Positions 27,101 to 36,457 of a stretch of 38,254 bases of DNA are shown here, piece after piece. Positions within the stretch are counted from its first letter, which is position 1; every line of letters starts with the position of its first letter. This DNA is from a virus (Duplodnaviria > Caudoviricetes): IMG/VR virus record IMGVR_UViG_3300027828_000060, positions 1 to 38,254 of that record; one strand, 5' to 3'. Both the position numbers and the translations under genes were made by a program. Below the pieces are notes generated by a model, which saw nothing but the letters and a program-made list of their open reading frames with translations, was not told the origin of the DNA and ran no database searches.

Positions 27101-29271
27101 ATGGTGCCGTTGCCGCCCATCCCCTGGCAAATAATTGTCAAACCAGCGCCACCAGGAACGCGCGCACCACCGGCCAATGTGTCGGTAAATGGCTCGCCGC
27201 CTAACCAGACTTTTAGTTCATGGTTTCCACCTTGGGCGCCTGCAGTACCGCGCAAGTCTGTCGGAATGCCGGTAATTGATGTACCCGCGTTATTAACCAG
27301 GTCTAATGCAGGAAATGCGTCATGCTGGCCAAATAAATATTCTGGTTGAATCGGGAATGTGATCGGCAGTGATTCACCTTGCAGGTATTCATCCGAGATC
27401 CCTTTAATACCGACTGAATCACCCAACCAGCCACTGACGATATTAACGTCTCCTCCACCGGCACCGATAACGTCGCCCAAATAGTTAAAGTAACCACCTA
27501 CTCTTAACTGAACGTTTCCAATTACAGTTAAAGTTCTACCAGCTGGAATGGTGAAATCGCTGTCCACGTAAAATATGCTGGCCGGTGCGTTCATGTCGGC
27601 CGTGCCCACTAACGTAGTATCTGCCGTTAAACTGCTAGCAGTGACATTGGGTACCGGTGTTCCTTCAGAAGGATAAAAGCTATCCGATAAAACGCGCAAA
27701 TCACCATCGGTTACCGGATCGGCAAAATAGGTACTACCAAATAAATCAAGAGAAATACCGCGTTTCTGGTCAACGGTTTTACCAATAATTTGCATGGCCC
27801 GGCCTAATGAACCTGTGCTGGTATAATCGGCCACTTCGGCATGTTCGACCCGGATCACATCGCCAATTTCATACGCGGCTAATTTGTGCAAAACGTTAAC
27901 TGAAAAATACGCTGCGTCTCCAGCGTAGCGGTCCATAAATCGGTTAGCTACAGCAACCAGGGTAGAAGAAGTTGAACTGCTACCATTGAGTAATTGCAGG
28001 TAAACAGTTTTTTTGTGCTCGCCAAATTCATCGGTGGAATTCTCAACAACCAATGGTGTTTTTCTGCGGTACTGAGGTTTTGACGATCGTTCGTCCCAAC
28101 TCCAGATCGCTTCCAGGTTGTTCACGATACTCGAGGAGTCATGCTTAAATCGTCCATGGTCAACAACCTGGTCCGCGGTAATCGTTCCGACAATATTGCT
28201 GTTTTCATGGATCCCGTGAAGCGCTTTTAGGTTCATCACGCCATCGCCGTTCACCCGCAAATAATGCCCTAATAGCAGCGCCACCTGTTCTTCAAAAAAT
28301 TGTTTTCCATTCGCTTTTTTCAGCGCGGTATTTTGCGCTTTCGTAGTAACCAGTGGTCTTAATGCCAAAAATTCAGACCTTACTAATTGAGCAGCTGGAA
28401 TCTTACAGTGCCAGTGTTCGGGGAAAAGCGCAGTGCCAGGGTTATTTAAATCTTCACCAGTTAATATGGCCCAGGCAAACTCGACCAGATTCATATCAAC
28501 CGCAATCAATTCGCGAATTTTCGGCCCGCGGTCCTGGCTGGCGTTCGCCGGCAGTGTCCAGACTTGCGGCGTGGTACCAAATGCGCCGCGCTCCACTGTA
28601 AAATCAGTAGAATTAATCCCGGTAACTTTTATAAATTCTTTTTGGTTGTTATCCGAAATTTCAATAAAAGTACAAAGTTCATTAGGCGCTTCAATAAAAT
28701 CGGCGCCGCGCTGAACTCGCTGAAAACCTTCAGTGGTATAAACGGGTATCGTTAACGAGTTTTCATCGATGTTACCCGCCAGGCGGGTTTCCTTTGGCTG
28801 GCAAATAACCCGGTCCATAAATGACTGCGAGTCTTTAGCGACTATTTCATAACGGCCTTTTCGATAGTCAAATTTCTTGTCAATCCACTGGGTGGTTTCG
28901 GTAATGTAATCCGCCCAGTCCAGCCCTTCGGCACCACGAATCAGCCGCGCTCTTTTGCCATATAAATGTTTACCAGCGCTGCGCTTACCTCGAAATTCCG
29001 CCTCTACCTGGCCATTTAAATTCAACAGAGAAAAAGAAAGATCACCAATTGATGAGTTGAATTGGTCAGGTCGCAAACGTTGCAGCCGGGAGTTCGAGTT
29101 TTGCAGCGTTTCATGAATAACGGTATTACCACCAGGAACAGGAACATCACTATGCGAAGTGAAATAAATCAGGTCGGTACCAGCATCGTCTAAAGCAATT
29201 TCGATGGCCCACCGGCTGGACTTACTAGAATCGGCAATTACTGCCGCCATGTTATCGTTATACGTGCGCAT
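24097..29271 (-). CDS. Tail tip/hub fused to a long tail fibre with a C-terminal peptidase S74 chaperone
   Basis: 1724 aa. N-terminal hub-like region, Gly-rich segment, fibre knuckles (GNKLWTAENLNP, WKEVYHTG) and C-terminal TSDIKVKANL...GYTF...AGTVAQD...GLLVECIKAL. Confidence 0.85.
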   Translation of the reverse strand: MRTYNDNMAAVIADSSKSSRWAIEIALDDAGTDLIYFTSHSDVPVPGGNTVIHETLQNSNSRLQRLRPDQFNSSIGDLSFSLLNLNGQVEAEFRGKRSAGKHLYGKRARLIRGAEGLDWADYITETTQWIDKKFDYRKGRYEIVAKDSQSFMDRVICQPKETRLAGNIDENSLTIPVYTTEGFQRVQRGADFIEAPNELCTFIEISDNNQKEFIKVTGINSTDFTVERGAFGTTPQVWTLPANASQDRGPKIRELIAVDMNLVEFAWAILTGEDLNNPGTALFPEHWHCKIPAAQLVRSEFLALRPLVTTKAQNTALKKANGKQFFEEQVALLLGHYLRVNGDGVMNLKALHGIHENSNIVGTITADQVVDHGRFKHDSSSIVNNLEAIWSWDERSSKPQYRRKTPLVVENSTDEFGEHKKTVYLQLLNGSSSTSSTLVAVANRFMDRYAGDAAYFSVNVLHKLAAYEIGDVIRVEHAEVADYTSTGSLGRAMQIIGKTVDQKRGISLDLFGSTYFADPVTDGDLRVLSDSFYPSEGTPVPNVTASSLTADTTLVGTADMNAPASIFYVDSDFTIPAGRTLTVIGNVQLRVGGYFNYLGDVIGAGGGDVNIVSGWLGDSVGIKGISDEYLQGESLPITFPIQPEYLFGQHDAFPALDLVNNAGTSITGIPTDLRGTAGAQGGNHELKVWLGGEPFTDTLAGGARVPGGAGLTIICQGMGGNGTIDMSGARNNPSPTKTSSTETGSRPMQSGASGDGAPGGLLILIDGGGISAVPQLGGYLVALGDGDNDFGLAAARIQMIPQSLTAIEDDPISDPGNEGVLIQFSVNGGFDDPPAYANFNGLTLADIPDADEPTKGLSQKASDFEVSQGLEDSKFITSKQLTDHLNGGSGFDPASNQTITGDWDFTKKIDIDVDAAIKAHFKGSYSGLQGIRVERDAGDRVDLLANYSGFGGGLDSSSKLLFGVNGDGLTNPALTINTDKSAELVGKLHLNVADWDILQVERNNSDRNANITFKTTVNTKYFGLDADGDLSFGSSADISSAGNKLWTAENLNPNAPLGTSVQEFWRRSYSASNTNILALTMSDNVSALEAGGVYRVKAHIDGTGTDQSSSAVFWNSNGTWRVNVTGQSGTSSNHIQFLVSGGVPSIKTYHANNYNIQVHHERLNLYEELGTDNSGHLMGVDSFMSNIAGVLTFNPWGNTSTHSGQEVHHSTHFTVDGYAPADAGAIDTSGFYFAASATVDKPANGMLLHGNYTRSDNSFDSQLLVSHATDSMYFRAKDSGVWENWKEVYHTGKNIDLQNKDVVGIDQLIFDDGPYLQGVSGTTVALDGSSSTAYLRFQTDGTIRGYVGANSSNEIIFLDDTASNVMRLYPAGGYFRHYGTSTGNANVSYLRFDQADGTRDGYVGVGSAANRNVTLLSDAGNVNLSAGAATKFRATPTVNESLQNLDLNSNELLNVSIMNLDSGGQVNSDYNGTYIIKDHNNGNVTLSAAGGNLYLGYQNTGSVVLSRSLINSASNYTILTNAGDRLNLRKSPTDTTQGIILDADLNSIIIDSSSGGSNTVLGEQAAALSIGESGQGSASVHLTYTGDGYGHLGMGTITGGIPGNRVLRMYYQSQNALFYGVVTSNVRIEAPVIRHTSDIKVKANLEVIDRPLERIEYITGYTFDRLDVGGRHAGTVAQDNQNALAESVSTDDKGLLNVDDSATIGLLVECIKALKAKVARLENG

Positions 29272-29654
29272 TAATACACCCGAATATCAAATTGATATCG
29301 ATACTTAAGCTGTTGCCGCGAAGGTTTTAATTTTTTGTCCAATAACAAGTGAGCATTCTGAACGGGCGCGCCCTCGAGTGAGACGGTAAACAATTCACTG
29401 GCACTGCAACTTAAAAGAAATTCTCTGCAGAGCAACATCGTGGGTTTATCCATTAGCCTGGTTTCAACCTTGTAAAGCGTGCTAAAGCTTTCAAATTCTG
29501 TTTCCGCATCGCTGGGCGTTAAATTCTGCGTAGCCTTTATCTCATCAATTAAGTCCAGTTGGCGTAAATCAATGTCAAAGGTTTGTTGACTATCAAGCGC
29601 ATGCCCAGCCGTCAGACCACGCTTTGCGGTATAGGTTGCAGAAAAATCAGCCAT
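29271..29654 (-). CDS. Distal tail (Dit-like) protein
   Basis: 127 aa, between the tape measure and tail tip genes. Called by position. Confidence 0.6.
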   Translation of the reverse strand: MADFSATYTAKRGLTAGHALDSQQTFDIDLRQLDLIDEIKATQNLTPSDAETEFESFSTLYKVETRLMDKPTMLLCREFLLSCSASELFTVSLEGAPVQNAHLLLDKKLKPSRQQLKYRYQFDIRVY

Positions 29655-32418
29655 TCACCACCTCGTTTTTCAAGCTCTGTGCTAACCGAGAATTTGGATC
29701 AAAGCTCAAGTTTTCCAGTGTTGCTTTGACCTCTTCAGCCTGGCGAAGCGAATCGTTGCCGTGGAAATTGGCCCCTTCGAGATTAACGGTAATTGCTAAT
29801 TGACCACTCTGGAAATTACTTTCGTTGTGCTGGGCAAGGCCATCGTTGGCCGTTGGAGCTAATGGCCGAGGCGCTGGTGTGAAAGGCACAACATTGTTTG
29901 GTGCACTAGGAGCGCTAGCACCTGAAATTGAAGGTGAACTGCTACCCGCGCTTGCGCCAGTATTGCCAAATGTCTGACTACGGATCTGTTTAACTCTGAC
30001 AAAGCCGGCAACCATTTGCGAAGCTGCGACCGCGATATTAAGCGGATAACTGATTTCTGCCATCGCTCGTTGTGCAGCTGCGTAGGTATTAACAATCGTC
30101 TGCCCAATTGCAGCGACTTGAGAGATTTTAAAAAGCTTTTTACTTCCCGCTTGCGATAAAGTGGCCAGGTTTCCAAAAAACTGGCTGGCACCTTGTAAGT
30201 CTCTTTGGCGTTGTTGCTCTTCAAGCTGGGCGCGTAATTCAATTTGCCGACGCTTAATGTCGGTCATTCGCTGTTCATGAATTTGCGCAGCCGCCTCTTT
30301 CTGCTGCCGTCTGGCGAGCTCAAGCTGCTCTTGCTGAACATCGATTTCAAAAAGAATCGCGGCTTGCTCTTCTTGGGAAATTAATTTATTTTCAAACGCC
30401 AGTTGGCGTCGTTCAGCCAGCTTTGCTTCAGACTCAACAAATTTTTGTTCTGCAAGTGATTGCTGCTGCGCATAGCGCTGAAGCTCTAATTGGTTTTCAA
30501 GGTCATATTGTTGCTGCTGAAATAGAACTTCGTCAGTAATATGCCCTTTTATTTGTGCCAGTCGTTGTTGGTGAGCATTCTCTCTCAGAGCAGCACTAGC
30601 TGCATAATTTTGAGCTTCAGTTTCTAATTGGGCAGCTCTCGCAGCGGAAAAATCGACAACCTTTGCCGTTTCTCGATTTCCTTTTTCCAGTTCTTTTAAC
30701 GCGATTTGTGCTTTTTCTAATTCACCAAGCGCTGACGCAGACTCTCTCGCCTTTGCCGCAAAACGCTCAAACGATAATATCTGTGCTTCCGTTGCCTGAG
30801 TTCCTAACTTTGCGCGTTCAGCCAAAATAGCCTGTTCAACATTAAATAATCGCGCTTCTTGTTTTGATTTGCCAAACAGAGCCAGTTGACTATCGAGCGA
30901 AGTTGATAGTTTTTCTAACGCTTCAACCGCTTTTTTTGGTGCAGACGCAGCGGCCCCTAAAACGCGTTCTAGTTCGACCAGCTCTGCTTTCAATTTAACC
31001 AGCGCTAGTCGAGCTTTTTCTTGTCGACCTAAAGAAGCATTGCGTGCTTCCAACCGAGCAAGCTGAATAGTTACTTTTTCAATTTCGGTGGCAACTTCTG
31101 AGTATCGAACTTTTGCGGCATCGAGATCTTGCGCATTAACCGTTGAGCGCGACGCAGCTTTTTGCGTTTCGATGAAACGCTCAAAAATGCTCTGTGTTTT
31201 TTCAATTTCCTTTCCCCAATTTCGGGTCGCTTCGATCGCCTCTTCAGATGCGCTTTTATAAGTGAGAATTTCAAATGCGCCGGCAATCAGCAAAGTAGAG
31301 ACTATGCCCAGCGGACCACCCAGTGCGGCCAGCGCGGTATTAAAGACTCGAGTCGTTACCGTCGCCGTTTTCAGTTTTGCACCATAAATATCTACCCCAT
31401 GGCCAGCAGCAGTAAAGCCCTTCGCGGCGGCATAGGCGCGGGTTGTCATACTGGTTAACAGAGGCGGAATAAATCGAACGGCTGCATAACTGGTTAGCAC
31501 GGTTAAAAGCAATTGGGCTTCATCGGCAAATTCCGGCAATGCCCGTAGACCGCTGGCCACTGACTCCAGCACCGGTACCAGGGTTGCGCTTACTGGCGCT
31601 TCAAGAAGCCCTGCAATTTCCGTGTAAGCATTGGATATATCGGTTAATGCGCCTGGTATCGTTTGCCCAGCCCGTTCGGCTGCGCCTTCAAATTCTTCAA
31701 AGGCCTTAATTAAGGTTTCTTTGAAAAATTCACTGGTGACTTTTTGCTGATTGACTAGCTCCCGGAAACCGCCAGCAGATAAACCCGCTGCTTTATCAAT
31801 GGCCTGCATTAAACCGGGCAGCGGTTCGACAACCTGGTTAAACTCTTCAGCTCTTAATACACTCTGGCTGAGTCCCTGGCTTAAGCCAAAAAGAGACTGG
31901 CCAAGCTGGTTATTGCTCGCACCGAGTGCTGCAGAGGTATCGGTTAGCCCCTCTAAAAGCTGACGGCTTTCTTTTTGTGTAGTCACGCCACCTTTTTGCA
32001 ATGCCAGTAATTTTGCGTAACCACTGCCCAGGGTAAAATATTCTTTACGAAGTCGACGCGCCGTTTCCTGTAAATACTCCTGGTTTAACGCAAATGCCTG
32101 ACTCGAGTCGGTGAGTTCCTGCAGTTGAATGTTCAGTGTTTGAGTCTGGCCAATGGTGTCGACCATTTTCATGGCGGCAAAACCAACACCGACACCGGCC
32201 AAAATGCCGCGTAACCTCGAGTAAGTACCGGTGAGGCGATGGCCAGAATTGGCCGCGCGGTCCTGCGCTTTTTCTAAGTGGTTTAAACGGCTGGCGGTGC
32301 GATCAGATTCATCCCCTACCCTCTCGACACCGTCAGCCGCGTCCTTGCTCGCACCAACAATTTCGGCAGAGTCACCTTTAATTCTGATTTTTAAAATATG
32401 CTCTGTGCTTTTACTCAC
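29647..32418 (-). CDS. Tail tape measure protein
   Basis: 923 aa, Ala/Gln-rich and helical, with LSQGLSQSVLRAEEFNQVVE tape-measure motif. Follows the chaperone genes. Confidence 0.93.
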   Translation of the reverse strand: MSKSTEHILKIRIKGDSAEIVGASKDAADGVERVGDESDRTASRLNHLEKAQDRAANSGHRLTGTYSRLRGILAGVGVGFAAMKMVDTIGQTQTLNIQLQELTDSSQAFALNQEYLQETARRLRKEYFTLGSGYAKLLALQKGGVTTQKESRQLLEGLTDTSAALGASNNQLGQSLFGLSQGLSQSVLRAEEFNQVVEPLPGLMQAIDKAAGLSAGGFRELVNQQKVTSEFFKETLIKAFEEFEGAAERAGQTIPGALTDISNAYTEIAGLLEAPVSATLVPVLESVASGLRALPEFADEAQLLLTVLTSYAAVRFIPPLLTSMTTRAYAAAKGFTAAGHGVDIYGAKLKTATVTTRVFNTALAALGGPLGIVSTLLIAGAFEILTYKSASEEAIEATRNWGKEIEKTQSIFERFIETQKAASRSTVNAQDLDAAKVRYSEVATEIEKVTIQLARLEARNASLGRQEKARLALVKLKAELVELERVLGAAASAPKKAVEALEKLSTSLDSQLALFGKSKQEARLFNVEQAILAERAKLGTQATEAQILSFERFAAKARESASALGELEKAQIALKELEKGNRETAKVVDFSAARAAQLETEAQNYAASAALRENAHQQRLAQIKGHITDEVLFQQQQYDLENQLELQRYAQQQSLAEQKFVESEAKLAERRQLAFENKLISQEEQAAILFEIDVQQEQLELARRQQKEAAAQIHEQRMTDIKRRQIELRAQLEEQQRQRDLQGASQFFGNLATLSQAGSKKLFKISQVAAIGQTIVNTYAAAQRAMAEISYPLNIAVAASQMVAGFVRVKQIRSQTFGNTGASAGSSSPSISGASAPSAPNNVVPFTPAPRPLAPTANDGLAQHNESNFQSGQLAITVNLEGANFHGNDSLRQAEEVKATLENLSFDPNSRLAQSLKNEVVNG

Positions 32419-32762
32419 TGCCGAATCCGTTGGTTAAATTGTTTTTTCACTTCCGATTCAATCAATCGCAATTTTTCAAAAAGCGGTTGCTCAACCGTTA
32501 TACCTGCCATTCTCAAACCACTTTCAACACCCGAATAATCAAACCCCAGAGCGCCGTAAGTACTTGAAAACTTCAACTGCGTTGACACCGTTAAAAATGC
32601 AGTCCATGCGTCAACATTTAGCGGATGAATAACAAACTCTTCTTGGTTGTCGTCTAAAATTTCCGCTTTTAACTCATCGGGACATTCAAAGGCGTCTAAA
32701 TCATCCGCTAATGTATCGTCGGCGATAGGCCCATTCAGCCAATGAGCTACCGCCGCTATCAG
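32415..32762 (-). CDS. Tail assembly chaperone GT extension (DUF1799-like), reached by -1 frameshift; not in the ORF track
   Basis: Open frame LIAAVAHWL...FVIHPLNVDAWTAFLTVSTQ...GFDYSGV...RLIESE, with no start codon near its 5' end. Slippery A-AAA-AAC at 32768-32762; stop overlaps the TMP start (GTGA). Confidence 0.85.
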   Translation of the reverse strand: MIAAVAHWLNGPIADDTLADDLDAFECPDELKAEILDDNQEEFVIHPLNVDAWTAFLTVSTQLKFSSTYGALGFDYSGVESGLRMAGITVEQPLFEKLRLIESEVKKQFNQRIRQ

Positions 32763-33079
32763 TTTTTTTGGTCACCGTGGTTGAATTCGTAATAGGCACT
32801 TATGATGGCGCGTTTTACTCGCGCATTTGAGCAAACCAGTTCAATATCTTTAGGTGTACCTTTAATCGGTTTATTCAAATGGTCTTTCAGTTCATGAAAG
32901 GCAGCCACCACGGTTTTTAAAAACTTGATATCTCCCTGTAACATGAGCTCCTGGAGCTCTTCATCACTCTTAAAATAAAAGGAGGCGTAAAACTTCTTTT
33001 CAACCTCGCCTTTATCGGTTGGAAATTTAATAACCACCGGCCACTTGACCGGTGTTTTAGGATTTGCAAGGACAAACAT
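32759..33079 (-). CDS. Tail assembly chaperone (G-like)
   Basis: 106 aa after the tail tube gene, ending in QKN on the slippery heptamer. Confidence 0.85.
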   Translation of the reverse strand: MFVLANPKTPVKWPVVIKFPTDKGEVEKKFYASFYFKSDEELQELMLQGDIKFLKTVVAAFHELKDHLNKPIKGTPKDIELVCSNARVKRAIISAYYEFNHGDQKN

Positions 33080-33087
33080 TGAAGCTC

Positions 33088-34029
33088 CTATTTAAAAGTA
33101 AAGTTAAATTCGCTGACTTGATTGGTACGGTCTGGGATAACGTTCAAGTTAGCAGTTAATGTGGCGCGGTTTTTCTCCTGATCGTAACTTGGCTCCAGGA
33201 GTTGCACTTGAGGGTGTCTGACTTCAACAATTCGGCCAGCGCCCTCGTTAACGTCAAAATTCATTTCGCCAATATCGTCAGCGGCAATCGCAGCAAACCA
33301 GTCTTTGTCTCCAAAGTCTGGATTTTCCAGCACAATGGATCCGCTGGCCGCGCGCGACGCCAACACTGACTCTCGTTTAGTTAGCAAAATATCCTGCTGG
33401 ATATCACTGCCACTATTCACTTCAATACTGCGAATGTGGCCGGTCGTCCAGCTATGCAGGCTAAAGTTCTGAATAGTGTTGAGATTAGTTTTAAGCGCTT
33501 TTTGATACCCGGTAAAAGTAACCGTAGGAAATACAGCAACCTGAGGCGCGTTATAGTCGCCCACTCCGGAGACTTTAAGGCGAAGCTTTCCTTCGGGTGA
33601 AACCGCATAACCGGCGCTCCCTTTAAAGCCGGTAACGCGGTGTAAATGACCGTCCAGGTACCAGTAAATTGAGGCGCTTTCTTCGCTTTCACTGACCAAT
33701 GAATAGGCTACATCAACACCCGCCGAAATAACCTCAGCAAACCCACAGGCGCGATAGATAGCACTCGCACCCGGTGCATCGCCTGGCGTAGAATTTCCAA
33801 CCCAGTCGATCTCAAACTCCAAGCCAACGGTTTTATTGATCATATATTTGGGAACGCCACCTAACATGCCATTAGGCAGCAAGTCATCTTCCTGCACATC
33901 ACCTTGTAAAGGCGTGATTTGCACGTTGTAGGCAATAACACCATCGGCCGCCAATGGCACGGCATCCTGGCCAACAACACTTTCAATTTTTGCCGTAATG
34001 GCACGGCGAGACCAATTTAATCCACTCAT
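33088..34029 (-). CDS. Major tail tube protein
   Basis: 313 aa, AKIES..G.D..P...RACGFAE...SASIYWYLDG..H...G.KGS pattern. Position before the chaperones. Confidence 0.85.
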   Translation of the reverse strand: MSGLNWSRRAITAKIESVVGQDAVPLAADGVIAYNVQITPLQGDVQEDDLLPNGMLGGVPKYMINKTVGLEFEIDWVGNSTPGDAPGASAIYRACGFAEVISAGVDVAYSLVSESEESASIYWYLDGHLHRVTGFKGSAGYAVSPEGKLRLKVSGVGDYNAPQVAVFPTVTFTGYQKALKTNLNTIQNFSLHSWTTGHIRSIEVNSGSDIQQDILLTKRESVLASRAASGSIVLENPDFGDKDWFAAIAADDIGEMNFDVNEGAGRIVEVRHPQVQLLEPSYDQEKNRATLTANLNVIPDRTNQVSEFNFTFK

Positions 34030-34184
34030 GAAGATTCTCCTGATTTATCAGTGGGTTTATCTGGCGCCGCCTTTTTGGCTTTTTTAGCCAGCTGTTCTTT
34101 CTGCTCTTCGCTCACGGTTTTAGTGCGAGACTGTAATTTAACTTTGCCGTTTTTCTCTTTGGTATAGCTGCCACCTTTCAACAT
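34026..34184 (-). CDS. 52-aa basic protein with GGSY motif (not in the ORF track)
   Basis: MLKGGSYTKEKNGKVKLQSRT...; AGGAG RBS; ATGA overlap with the tail tube start. Confidence 0.7.
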   Translation of the reverse strand: MLKGGSYTKEKNGKVKLQSRTKTVSEEQKEQLAKKAKKAAPDKPTDKSGESS

Positions 34185-34194
34185 GATCTTTCTC

Positions 34195-34614
34195 CTAATC
34201 GGTAATTTCTAATTCAGTAATTACCCAAGCTAATGGGTTTTCTTGCTGCCCCGACAACCGGGCACTGAGCAAATTAATGTTTTGCAAATCAGCGGGTAGC
34301 GATGGCGAATTAATAAATGTTTTAATCGTTTCGAGCATGTCAATTTCGGTATTTTCGATATCGACACCGCTGACAAAATCATCAAACTGCGCCCGGGCAA
34401 TACAAATAATTCGCTGACTCGAGTTAGCAGCACGCTCATAAAGCGTATTGTCATAATCTCCCTCACTGTCCAGCAAAAAGGTAAAAATGCCCGCGGCCAG
34501 GAAATCATCCTCAACTGAAGAGAGATCTTCATAACTTCGTGAGACGGCGTAGTTTGGAAACATGGTTTCAAAAGAACTGACCAACAAATCCATTCGGCTT
34601 TTCAAATCGCTCAT
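34195..34614 (-). CDS. Tail terminator-like protein
   Basis: 139 aa, acidic. Called by position. Confidence 0.6.
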   Translation of the reverse strand: MSDLKSRMDLLVSSFETMFPNYAVSRSYEDLSSVEDDFLAAGIFTFLLDSEGDYDNTLYERAANSSQRIICIARAQFDDFVSGVDIENTEIDMLETIKTFINSPSLPADLQNINLLSARLSGQQENPLAWVITELEITD

Positions 34615-34617
34615 GCC

Positions 34618-35088
34618 TTACGCCCCGCTCAACGTTTGCTTAAGGATTAAGCCGAGTAACGGAAAGTTTTTGTCCGCTGCCGGTTTCATATAAGGCTGCG
34701 CTTCGACACCCTGCTTTTTGATTTTTTGTTGAATGGCATAAGCCAAATCGGACAAAGTCCACTTATCATTACGCGGAATAATGCGGCGTACTTTCAACCA
34801 GTCCACCAAGCTCTGATGCGGTGGAACGCCACCAGGCCCGCTTCCCGCTTCAACATGCCCGCCGTATCCGACACCCGGACCAGATTCATAATCCATTTCG
34901 CCACGCCGTTTTACGTTGATACTGTTTTTCAGCGTGCCAGTAGCATCGGCCGCATTAATTTTGGCGTCACGCGTCACACGATGGATCCAGCTCTGCGCCC
35001 CTTTGTCGACTTGCTTAACCACTTTATTTGGGTAACCTTTCAGGTTAACCACAATGCGGTCAGCGTTATGTTCAACGGTATAACTCAT
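34618..35088 (-). CDS. HK97 gp10-like tail completion protein
   Basis: AKINA..ATGTLKNSI...YGGHVEAGS...AQPYMKPA. Confidence 0.8.
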   Translation of the reverse strand: MSYTVEHNADRIVVNLKGYPNKVVKQVDKGAQSWIHRVTRDAKINAADATGTLKNSINVKRRGEMDYESGPGVGYGGHVEAGSGPGGVPPHQSLVDWLKVRRIIPRNDKWTLSDLAYAIQQKIKKQGVEAQPYMKPAADKNFPLLGLILKQTLSGA

Positions 35089-35717
35089 GCCATTAACCGC
35101 CGATTAAATTCATCCATTAGATACTGGTGTAAGTCTTTCGGTGCGCCGGCGCGGTTTTGCCCCTTGGTTTTAGGATCAGCAATCGCCACCTTACCCGTTC
35201 GGTTCAGGCTTAACTGCAGCATGGCTTCGGCCTGCATTCTCACAATCAAAATATCTCTGTCTGCCGCTGGTACCGTCGTTGCACCAACGGTTCCAGGGTC
35301 AAGGTCAGTGACAAGGTGAACCGCCGTATAAAAATATTGAAAGCTTGAACCACAAATACCAATTTCTTCTGCAGTTGGCGCGTAACTGAGCGCTATCCGA
35401 TATGGACGCTGGCCATTTTCACCGGGAATAATTTTGACATCCGGAATTTTCACCACGCGCGAATTCCAGGGATCTCTACGGCGACGATTAGCGCGGCCCC
35501 AATCGTGATGTTTAATCCCATCTAAATTGGCAGGTGCATCATAAACAGACTTTCCAGCCTCCAGGGTCAGCAAACCAATTTCCTGCAGCGGCTTATTGCG
35601 CGAGTAATCCAGCACGGCAGCGTTCAGGATCCCGTCATACTGGCCATCTAAAAAATTACCGGCACTCCCGAGGGACTGAACAAAGGTGGCAACAATGTCG
35701 GCTAGCTTCATTGACAT
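35085..35717 (-). CDS. Head-tail adaptor-like protein
   Basis: 210 aa, LTLEAGKSVYDAP motif. Position upstream of the gp10-like gene. Confidence 0.6.
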   Translation of the reverse strand: MSMKLADIVATFVQSLGSAGNFLDGQYDGILNAAVLDYSRNKPLQEIGLLTLEAGKSVYDAPANLDGIKHHDWGRANRRRRDPWNSRVVKIPDVKIIPGENGQRPYRIALSYAPTAEEIGICGSSFQYFYTAVHLVTDLDPGTVGATTVPAADRDILIVRMQAEAMLQLSLNRTGKVAIADPKTKGQNRAGAPKDLHQYLMDEFNRRLMA

Positions 35718-35720
35718 AAA

Positions 35721-36023
35721 TTATTTACCGATAAACAGACTGGCTACATAACCCAGCGTTGCCGCGGAACCACCATATAAACCGCGGATAATCCAGGATT
35801 GCCATTTATTTTCGTTTTTGTTTATGCCGGTCACTTTTTCAACCTGGTTTAATCGCTCATTGTGCGATTCGATATGATTTTCCTGGGTGTTCAACTTAAG
35901 AATGACCCAGCTATAATTGGCATTAGTTTCGGTCGTTTGCTTATCGATGCTGTGAACCGTTTTTAACAGTTCAAGATTATCAGACCGAATTTGTCTGAGT
36001 TCCTCTAAAACTTGATCACTCAT
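35721..36023 (-). CDS. Coiled-coil protein with C-terminal TM (holin-like or lysis accessory)
   Basis: HNERLNQVE coiled-coil, then WIIRGLYGGSAATLGYVASLFIGK. Follows the endolysin. Confidence 0.55.
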   Translation of the reverse strand: MSDQVLEELRQIRSDNLELLKTVHSIDKQTTETNANYSWVILKLNTQENHIESHNERLNQVEKVTGINKNENKWQSWIIRGLYGGSAATLGYVASLFIGK

Positions 36024-36456
36024 AACTATCCTTAATAGTTAGGTCGAATGGCTCACCGGCCATTTCTTCCATAAAGCTCTGTAAAGTAAATCGACTATTC
36101 CAGACCGCCTGTTGACTGCCCATTTCGCCCTGGGCACTACCTGGTAAAAGACAGCCATCCGATTCGGCCAAAAAGCCAGCAGCTTTATCGCCGACAAAAT
36201 TGCCCGCATGAAATAATATATGGCTTCGACCAGGTACGTTTTTGACTTCGTAAACCGTGCCAAATTTGGGCGATTCGGTGAGCTCGCAGCGGTAAGTATC
36301 TGCAGGAATGCAGCTGACATTACGTTGGTTATCACGCCAGGGTAGTTCCCCGACGTAACAGAAAAATTTGCCGTCAACCAACAGGGCACCAAAGGTACCC
36401 TGTTGGGTTGACTCGTAGCGCAACAACTGCGCTTTTCTTACGGTGGAGTTATCCAT
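36016..36456 (-). CDS. DUF5675-family (L,D-transpeptidase-like) putative endolysin
   Basis: GTFGAL...ELPWRDNQRNVSCIP..TY...VPGRSHILFHAGN...SDGCLLPG. Probable start at 36456. Confidence 0.8.
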   Translation of the reverse strand: MDNSTVRKAQLLRYESTQQGTFGALLVDGKFFCYVGELPWRDNQRNVSCIPADTYRCELTESPKFGTVYEVKNVPGRSHILFHAGNFVGDKAAGFLAESDGCLLPGSAQGEMGSQQAVWNSRFTLQSFMEEMAGEPFDLTIKDSYE

Positions 36457-36457
36457 G

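Noticed and set aside
21609-29271. Shufflon/invertible tail cassette or diversity-generating retroelement
   Set aside because: All tail genes share one orientation, and I saw no inverted recombination repeats, reverse transcriptase or TR/VR pair. An exhaustive repeat search was not possible by eye.
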